IMG/VR virus record: IMGVR_UViG_3300045988_104973 | Strand: one strand, 5' to 3' | Source: a virus | Length of the DNA: 13,203 bases | In this document: positions 1 through 5,321 of the stretch, one piece after another | Position numbering within the stretch: the stretch's first letter is position 1 | Layout: every line of letters starts with the position of its first letter | Notes under the pieces: model-generated | Seen by the model: only the letters and a program-made list of their open reading frames with translations | Database searches by the model: none | Told to the model about the DNA's origin: nothing | Made by a program: the position numbers and the translations under genes

Positions 1-179
1 TGATAGAACTATAGCACATTAAAGTGGTAAAGCATTAACGCGTTACTGCACTAAAGTTCCCACATGCGCTTGTCTATGCACTAGAATTGTTAACAGCACA
101 AGTTTTAGTTAATATAAAATAGTAGTTGACAAATTATTAGTAAAGTGCTATAATCTTCTTAGAAACAAGATAACAGGTT
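1..179 (+). repeat. Left inverted terminal repeat (ITR), 179 bp
   Basis: Bases 1-179 are the exact reverse complement of 13025-13203, compared block by block. Identity breaks at 180/13024. This is the expected origin region for protein-primed replication. Confidence 0.95.
126..154 (+). promoter_or_regulatory. Sigma-A/sigma-70 consensus promoter inside the left ITR, firing inward
   Basis: TTGACA (126-131), a 17-nt spacer, then TATAAT (149-154), a perfect consensus. An AT-rich UP-like tract lies at 103-125. The first RBS/ATG is about 40 nt downstream. Confidence 0.8.
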
Positions 180-199
180 AATAAGAAAGGATAAATAAT

Positions 200-382
200 A
201 TGACGTTTAGAGAGCTATGTTTTAGTTGCACAAATCTTGTGAGTTGTGCGGATGTTCGCGTTTTTGATGGCGGAAAAGCTACTTGCAATGTAAAAATGCA
301 GAGTTTGGCGAGAGAGGTTGATTGGTTTACTGTCACAGGTTTGAACAGTGTTGATGTCGAGTTATATAGCGAGGATGAATAA
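200..382 (+). CDS. Small early protein (60 aa), unknown function; paralog of the right-end gene 12784-12987
   Basis: It is the first ORF downstream of the ITR promoter, with RBS AAAGGA at 186-191. The N-terminus MTFRELCFSCTNL and an internal EVDWF align with MTLRDLLLACGNL and EVDYF of the right-end protein. The C-terminus is acidic (YSEDE). Confidence 0.65.
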   Translation: MTFRELCFSCTNLVSCADVRVFDGGKATCNVKMQSLAREVDWFTVTGLNSVDVELYSEDE

Positions 383-471
383 TGAAAGAAACAATGCAGA
401 TTATATTTATATCGCTTTTGGCACTGCTATCAATTTTAGCATTTCCTACACTTTATTTATTCGGTTTTTGA
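382..471 (+). CDS. 29-aa hydrophobic micro-protein (MKETMQIIFISLLALLSILAFPTLYLFGF), putative single-pass membrane peptide
   Basis: Hand-translated; it is below the ORF-track size cutoff. Its ATG overlaps the upstream stop (TAATG at 380-384) and GAGGA lies 6 nt upstream. About 23 contiguous hydrophobic residues are present. Confidence 0.4.
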   Translation: MKETMQIIFISLLALLSILAFPTLYLFGF

Positions 472-488
472 TGTTTCACGTGAAACAT
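471..488. repeat. 18-bp perfect palindrome ATGTTTCACGTGAAACAT, copy 1, directly upstream of the RBS of the gene at 506
   Basis: The sequence is self-complementary over all 18 nt. An identical 18-mer occurs at 11122-11139 and a 16/18 variant at 13003-13020. Confidence 0.85.
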
Positions 489-505
489 AGAAAGGAGATC
501 GGACA

Positions 506-1099
506 ATGGCAAAATTCAAACCCTCAGCCAAACTCAGTTTTGGTGCACTTGAACATTATAACCCTCAGTACCTCGCAAATAACTACACACCGTCTGAAAT
601 AAGAAAAGAATATTCTAGAGTCCGTGCAATAGCAGTCAAACGTTTAACCAGACTCGCAAAAGGCGGTTTCAGTGAAACATCCGTATACAAGTACAATGTG
701 TTCAACACAAAGAAGTTATCAGAACTTACAGAAAAGCAGATTCCGTTAGCCCTCTCTCAACTAGCACGGTTCTTAGACAATCCTCTATCAACCGTCACAG
801 GGCAGAAAGCACAGCGAAAGCAGAAAATAGAAAAGTTGCAATCATATGGTTATGATGTCAACGAAAAGAACTTCCAAAGCTTTGTGGATTTCATGGAACT
901 TCTTTCGCAACAGGCGATTGACCTTCAATACGACTCAGAAGCAGTCGTGGAATTGTGGGAAGCAACGAGAGATAAAGTTTCACCCGCTACTATAGCAAAA
1001 GATTTAGATTCGTGGTTAGAGAATCGTTTTTCGATTAGTAAGTTGCCGCACATTGCATCAAAAAATGCAGATGAGATTCTGCGACTATTGAAGGAGTAA
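506..1099 (+). CDS. Candidate terminal (priming) protein, 197 aa
   Basis: It has a strong RBS (AAAGGAG, 491-497). It lies immediately upstream of, and is co-oriented with, the protein-primed DNA polymerase, as in phi29 and Cp-1. It is basic and helix-rich with many Ser/Thr/Tyr. I recognised no sequence motif, so the call rests on synteny only. Confidence 0.45.
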   Translation: MAKFKPSAKLSFGALEHYNPQYLANNYTPSEIRKEYSRVRAIAVKRLTRLAKGGFSETSVYKYNVFNTKKLSELTEKQIPLALSQLARFLDNPLSTVTGQKAQRKQKIEKLQSYGYDVNEKNFQSFVDFMELLSQQAIDLQYDSEAVVELWEATRDKVSPATIAKDLDSWLENRFSISKLPHIASKNADEILRLLKE

Positions 1100-1102
1100 A
1101 AT

Positions 1103-3136
1103 ATGATAACAGATGTATATGATTTTGACTATTCGATTTTTAAAAAAGTAGGAAATGTGAAAAGAAAAAAAGGTTCAAGAAATAAGAAAAACTATAAAAA
1201 TCTGGTTTGCGCTTTTGATATCGAGACGAGCCGTATCAAAGAAATTGAACAGTCGGTCATGTACATCTGGCAGTTTCAAGTTGACGAAAAAGTTACTGTG
1301 ATAGGGAGAACATGGAGAGAGTTTGACTACTTCATGAGAGCGATAGCAGATGATCTGGAAGACATGGATTACATCGTAGTATATGTCCATAACCTTTCCT
1401 TCGAGTTCCAGTTTCTTTCGGGAATCTATCCTTTTTCAAAGGAAGAGGTTTTTGCTTTGGACGAACGAAAAGTTTGCAAGTGTGAGATGTTTGAGCATTT
1501 TGAGTTTAGATGCTCCTATATTCAAACAAATATGTCCTTAGAAACATTTACAGATAAAATGAATGTCAAGCATAAGAAGCTTTCTGGTGACTTGGACTAT
1601 AATGTGGAGCGTTATTCATACACGCCGTTATCTGATGAAGAGTTGGCTTATTGTATTAACGATGTACAAGGTTTGGTAGAAGCGATTAAGACAGAAATGA
1701 AAAACGATGGTGACACCCTCTATACAATTCCGCTGACCTCAACCGGTTATGTTCGTCGTGATGTAAAAAGCGCACTTGAGGGCAACCGCTGGATTATGGG
1801 AATCCAGCCGGATTTCGATGTCTATCAAGTAGCAAGAGAGGCGTTCCGTGGCGGCAACACCCACGCAAATCGTTTCTATGCCGGATGGATTCTTGAGGGT
1901 GTCCATTCCGCCGACCGTTCATCAAGTTATCCGGGTGTTCAGTGCAACAGAGCTTATCCGGTCACCCGATTTCACAAGATTTCAAAACCCGTTCCCGATG
2001 CAGGTCAGATCATTGATCTAATGAAAAGAAGAGAAAAAGCAATTCTGATGCGTGTATCATTCGAGGGGGTTTACTTAAATGATTACTCATGGGGATGCCC
2101 GTATCTGGCAAAAGACAAGTGCAGAAGTGTAGTAAAAGGAGTGTATGACAACGGTAGGATATTAAGCGCAGAATATTTGGAGACATCTATCACGGATGTT
2201 GATTTAAGAATCATAGTCGAAGAGTATCACATTGATAAGATCATACCGATTGAAGTTTACACAGCTCGTTATGGAAAACTCCCTGCCGCCATGATTGAAA
2301 CCATCTGTCTCTATTACAAAAAGAAAACAGAGTTGAAGGACGTAGAAGGGCAGGAATATTTTTATATGAAAAGTAAAAATAAGCTTAACTCTATCTACGG
2401 TATGACAGCGCAAGACCCTGTCAAAGAGGCAATATTGTATAAAGATGAAAAATTTACAATTGATAGATCAAAGACGAAAAAAGAACTATTGGAAAAGTTC
2501 ATGAAAAGGGCGTTCATTCCATATACATGGGGTGTATGGTGTACCGCATGGGCACGGTATGAATTGGAACGGGGTATGCGTACGGTGACAGATCAAGGCG
2601 GTACGTTTATCTACTGTGACACCGATTCGATTAAGTACCTAGGAGATGTGGATTTTTCAGAATATAATAACGAAAAAATAAAGTTGTCGAAAGAGAACGG
2701 TGCGTGGGCTACTGACCCGCAAGGCAACAATCATTACATGGAAGTGTATGAACAGGAGAAAGACGCTGATCGTTTCATTACATGGGGAGCGAAAAAGTAC
2801 GCATACGAAGCTGACGGGAAATTAAAGATCACGATTGCAGGAGTACCGAAAAAAGCTGGTGCAGAAGAGTTAAAGAAGAAAGGCGGCCTGGTTGCATTAA
2901 AGCCCGGGTTTGTATTCAGCGATTGCGGAAAACTGGAAACGGTTTACAATGACAAGCCGGAGATAACAAAATATAAAAACAAAGACGGAAAAATAATTGA
3001 AATAACTAAAAACGTGGTGTTGCGTCCTACCACTTATGCAGTGGGCATTACAAAAGAATATGATGAAATTTTACTAGACGCTTTGCTGTACAATATATTA
3101 ATCAATATTTTAAAAGGAACAAAATTATTAGGTTGA
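1103..3136 (+). CDS. Family-B protein-primed DNA polymerase (phi29-type), 677 aa
   Basis: Exo I is FDIETS, Exo II is HNLSFEF and Exo III is YCINDVQG. Motif A is DRSSSYPG (DxxSxYP) and motif B is KNKLNSIYG (Kx3NSxYG). CTAWARY matches phi29 ITAWARY. Motif C is IYCDTDSI and KxY is KKY. Confidence 0.95.
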   Translation: MITDVYDFDYSIFKKVGNVKRKKGSRNKKNYKNLVCAFDIETSRIKEIEQSVMYIWQFQVDEKVTVIGRTWREFDYFMRAIADDLEDMDYIVVYVHNLSFEFQFLSGIYPFSKEEVFALDERKVCKCEMFEHFEFRCSYIQTNMSLETFTDKMNVKHKKLSGDLDYNVERYSYTPLSDEELAYCINDVQGLVEAIKTEMKNDGDTLYTIPLTSTGYVRRDVKSALEGNRWIMGIQPDFDVYQVAREAFRGGNTHANRFYAGWILEGVHSADRSSSYPGVQCNRAYPVTRFHKISKPVPDAGQIIDLMKRREKAILMRVSFEGVYLNDYSWGCPYLAKDKCRSVVKGVYDNGRILSAEYLETSITDVDLRIIVEEYHIDKIIPIEVYTARYGKLPAAMIETICLYYKKKTELKDVEGQEYFYMKSKNKLNSIYGMTAQDPVKEAILYKDEKFTIDRSKTKKELLEKFMKRAFIPYTWGVWCTAWARYELERGMRTVTDQGGTFIYCDTDSIKYLGDVDFSEYNNEKIKLSKENGAWATDPQGNNHYMEVYEQEKDADRFITWGAKKYAYEADGKLKITIAGVPKKAGAEELKKKGGLVALKPGFVFSDCGKLETVYNDKPEITKYKNKDGKIIEITKNVVLRPTTYAVGITKEYDEILLDALLYNILINILKGTKLLG

Positions 3137-3161
3137 CAAAAATAATAAAAAGGTTTATAAT
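3133..3161 (+). promoter_or_regulatory. Perfect consensus sigma-A promoter overlapping the polymerase stop codon
   Basis: TTGACA (3133-3138), a 17-nt spacer, then TATAAT (3156-3161), with AT-rich sequence upstream. It precedes the strong RBS of the gene at 3212. Confidence 0.75.
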
Positions 3162-3211
3162 GTATTATGTAATACAGATAAAGATAAAGATGAAAAGAAA
3201 GGAGTAGGAAA

Positions 3212-3466
3212 ATGAAAGGAAACATTTCTAAAAGCGTTGTAACAACAACCATTCGTGTTTGTCGTTATAACGAAGAAACGAAAACAGAAGAGATTGTAAT
3301 TAGAAAAATGAAGTCTCTGAGAACGCCGTCCAGTGAGCGAATTGAAAACTGGATTATGGAAGAAGACAGGGGATATTTGAGCTTCGAGGTTCTCAACACT
3401 ACATCTGAGGTCTATACAATGACCGCTGATGATTTTATCAACTACGCAACCAGAAGGGAGAAATAA
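3212..3466 (+). CDS. Hypothetical small protein, 84 aa
   Basis: RBS AAAGGAG lies 8 nt upstream of the ATG. It is the first gene of a two-gene cassette bounded by promoter 3133-3161 and terminator 3868-3897. No motif was recognised. Confidence 0.7.
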   Translation: MKGNISKSVVTTTIRVCRYNEETKTEEIVIRKMKSLRTPSSERIENWIMEEDRGYLSFEVLNTTSEVYTMTADDFINYATRREK

Positions 3467-3468
3467 CA

Positions 3469-3816
3469 ATGAAAATTATCAGAAGTAAAAATGAAAAGAT
3501 TACCGTAAAAGAGAAATATCTTATGTCAATGAATCCCGAGATTCGTAGAATGAGAGATGCCGAGGGGATGAATGTTCCGGTGATTAACTGGATGCTTTAT
3601 TCCGACACAGACAAAGATGGAAATGAACAGACCCTTCTTTCTATCCTGTCTGAGGAGAATGTTGCATACGCAACAAACAGCCGGACTTTCATCGAAGCAT
3701 TTTCCGTACTCTGTGACATGTTCGCAGACAGCGGGGAAGAGATTACCGCCATTAAGGTAATCAGTGGACAGTCAAAAGCAGGACGGCACTTTATCACTTG
3801 CGCCTATGCTGAGTAA
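3469..3816 (+). CDS. Hypothetical protein, 115 aa; candidate abundant replication accessory (SSB/DBP-like) protein by position only
   Basis: RBS GGGAG is present and the start lies 2 nt after the upstream stop. It sits in the replication module and is followed by an intrinsic terminator. The functional guess is positional inference from phi29 p5/p6, not sequence homology. Confidence 0.7.
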   Translation: MKIIRSKNEKITVKEKYLMSMNPEIRRMRDAEGMNVPVINWMLYSDTDKDGNEQTLLSILSEENVAYATNSRTFIEAFSVLCDMFADSGEEITAIKVISGQSKAGRHFITCAYAE

Positions 3817-3867
3817 CTAATAAACAATTAACAAATTATAAACTATATCTCATTTGTGTATTTAAGC

Positions 3868-3897
3868 AAAGCCCCGTTCCGTTATCGGGGCTTTTTT
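3868..3897 (+). terminator. Rho-independent terminator ending the early/replication transcription unit
   Basis: AAAGCCCCG (3868-3876), a 9-nt loop, then CGGGGCTTT with a 6-T run (3892-3897). The core stem has six G:C pairs. Confidence 0.8.
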
Positions 3898-3912
3898 CAT
3901 AGAGGTGATATC

Positions 3913-4953
3913 ATGAAGGAAAAGAACATTTATGACCGTAATGGCTTTATCAATATACCGGCTATTTACAACATACAAGTACCGTTCATTTTTATTGTAG
4001 GTGGTCGAGGAACTGGAAAAACGTATGGAGTGTGTAAATTTGCGATTGAGAAAAAGATCAAGTTCGCTCTGATGAGACGAACACAAACACAAGCTGATCT
4101 GATTTCCAAACCGGAATTTTCACCGCTCAAACCTGTGCTTGGAGATATGAACCGGATGTTTAAGGCGGTTTCTTTGACAAAACAGAACAGTGCTTTTTAT
4201 GAAACAGACATGGAAGGAACGATTATTTCACCCGAACCGTTCTGTTATTCACTCGCACTGTCAACCATTTCAAACATGCGTGGTTTTGATGCTAGTGATA
4301 TCTCCCTCATCTTCTATGATGAGTTTATCGCAGAAGCGCACGAACGACCACTGAAAAATGAAGCAGAAGCTTTCTTTAACTGTTATGAAACAATTAACCG
4401 TAACCGTGAATTGAAAGGGATTCCACCTGTCAAAGTGATCTGTGCCGCTAATAGCAATAATATGGCGAATGAGTTGTTCATATCACTGGGACTGGTGCTG
4501 AGAGCGGAAAAAATGTATCAGAACGGTTCATCTATCTGGATTGACAAAGAAAGGGGTCTGGCACTAATCATCTGTCAAGACAGTCCTGTTTCCGAAGCAA
4601 AGGAAAAAACAGCACTTTACAATCTGGTGCCAAGGGATTCTGACTTTTATCAGATGTCATTAAAGAACGTATTCACGAAAGACAGAGCGGATAACATCGG
4701 TGCCAGAAACATCAAGGAATTCAAGCCGTTAGTCCATGCCGGCGAAATGTATATCTATCGGCATAAATCACGTCAGGAGTACTATGCGACCCCCTTCAAG
4801 TCAGGCGTATTTAAAGATAACTATACGATGAGCGAAAATGATAAAGTACGCTTTCGCTTAAAATATCGCTATCTATGGATCGCATTTCTATCACGTTCGC
4901 TATTTTTTGAAAATTATATCATACAGGTTCTTTTTACAAAATGTTTTACTTAA
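3913..4953 (+). CDS. DNA encapsidation (packaging) ATPase, phi29 gp16-like, 346 aa
   Basis: Walker A is GGRGTGKTYG and Walker B-like is LIFYDEF. The size matches gp16-type packaging ATPases. The start is moved to ATG 3913 (RBS AGAGGTGA, 3901-3908) because the ORF-track start at 3856 would run through the terminator hairpin. Confidence 0.88.
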   Translation: MKEKNIYDRNGFINIPAIYNIQVPFIFIVGGRGTGKTYGVCKFAIEKKIKFALMRRTQTQADLISKPEFSPLKPVLGDMNRMFKAVSLTKQNSAFYETDMEGTIISPEPFCYSLALSTISNMRGFDASDISLIFYDEFIAEAHERPLKNEAEAFFNCYETINRNRELKGIPPVKVICAANSNNMANELFISLGLVLRAEKMYQNGSSIWIDKERGLALIICQDSPVSEAKEKTALYNLVPRDSDFYQMSLKNVFTKDRADNIGARNIKEFKPLVHAGEMYIYRHKSRQEYYATPFKSGVFKDNYTMSENDKVRFRLKYRYLWIAFLSRSLFFENYIIQVLFTKCFT

Positions 4954-4956
4954 CTA

Positions 4957-4985
4957 TTGTCTAAAAACGGGATGTGTGTTATAAT
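4957..4985 (+). promoter_or_regulatory. Strong sigma-A promoter with extended -10, directly after the ATPase stop
   Basis: TTGTCT (4957-4962), a 17-nt spacer, then TATAAT (4980-4985), with TG at 4977-4978 giving TGnTATAAT. Confidence 0.75.
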
Positions 4986-4991
4986 CAGAAG

Positions 4992-5095
4992 TGAAAAGGA
5001 TGCGTAGAAACCAATCCCGGAAGGATGCGCACGTTCTAGGTTTCAGGACGGGAATCCTTTTTCAACAGGCGGTATATACAACCGCCTGTTTTATT
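4992..5095 (+). ncRNA. Candidate ~100-nt structured non-coding RNA or late-operon leader
   Basis: It is bounded by promoter 4957-4985 and a terminator hairpin at 5064-5095, and no ORF with a usable RBS is present. Complementary segments visible by eye are 4993-5001 with 5054-5063, 5007-5012 with 5039-5044, and 5015-5019 with 5049-5053. A 9-nt direct repeat AAGGATGCG occurs at 4996 and 5021. Confidence 0.45.
5064..5095 (+). terminator. Rho-independent terminator between the late promoter and the late genes
   Basis: AACAGGCGG (5064-5072), an 8-9-nt loop, then CCGCCTGTT (5082-5090), running into TTTTATT (5089-5095). Confidence 0.75.
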
Positions 5096-5123
5096 AAACA
5101 AACCGGGAAAGAAAGAGGTGGCT

Positions 5124-5321
5124 ATGGACGCAAACGCAATCATGACTATGGTGCAGACGTTAGGATTTCCAATCGTTTGCTGTGGGGCACTCTTTTGGAG
5201 AATGATGAAAGAGTCCGACAATCACAAAGTGGAAATGGAAAAAGTCACGGATGCGCTGAACAACAACACACAGGCACTCATCCGATTGGAAGAATCATTG
5301 AAAGGAGAAAAAGAAAAATGA
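5124..5321 (+). CDS. Small membrane protein, YvrJ-like (65 aa); possible holin-type or lysis-timing protein
   Basis: RBS AAGAGG is at 5113-5118. There is one hydrophobic segment (TLGFPIVCCGALFW) followed by a charged helical tail. The GFPI motif and overall layout recall the YvrJ family. Its stop overlaps the next start (ATGA at 5318-5321). Confidence 0.7.
   Translation: MDANAIMTMVQTLGFPIVCCGALFWRMMKESDNHKVEMEKVTDALNNNTQALIRLEESLKGEKEK

Noticed and set aside
348-602. 84-aa ORF spanning the left-end intergenic region and the start of the gene at 506
   Set aside because: It has no RBS and crosses the 18-bp palindrome. It overlaps three better-supported reading frames (200-382, 382-471 and 506-1099).
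3817-3867. Possible promoter for the ATPase gene (TTAACA at 3828-3833, TAAACA at 3821-3826, TATATC/TATTTA -10-like hexamers)
   Set aside because: No -35/-10 pair has acceptable spacing and sequence together. Any transcript from here would also meet the terminator at 3868-3897. I left this as an open question in the findings rather than calling a feature.
3856-3912. Track start (GTG at 3856, MYLSKAPFRYRGFF...) for the ATPase ORF
   Set aside because: This segment is the terminator hairpin plus T-tract translated. A proper RBS (AGAGGTGA) precedes the internal ATG at 3913.
4991-5317. N-terminal 109 aa of the 235-aa ORF 4991-5698 in the track, an Arg-rich extension upstream of the scaffold gene
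   Set aside because: Its GTG start sits at the predicted transcription start with no RBS. It reads straight through the terminator hairpin. It overlaps out of frame with the well-supported membrane-protein gene at 5124-5321. Its composition (RKRNH..., RRKRK) looks like off-frame translation. The real gene most likely starts at ATG 5318, coupled to the upstream stop.
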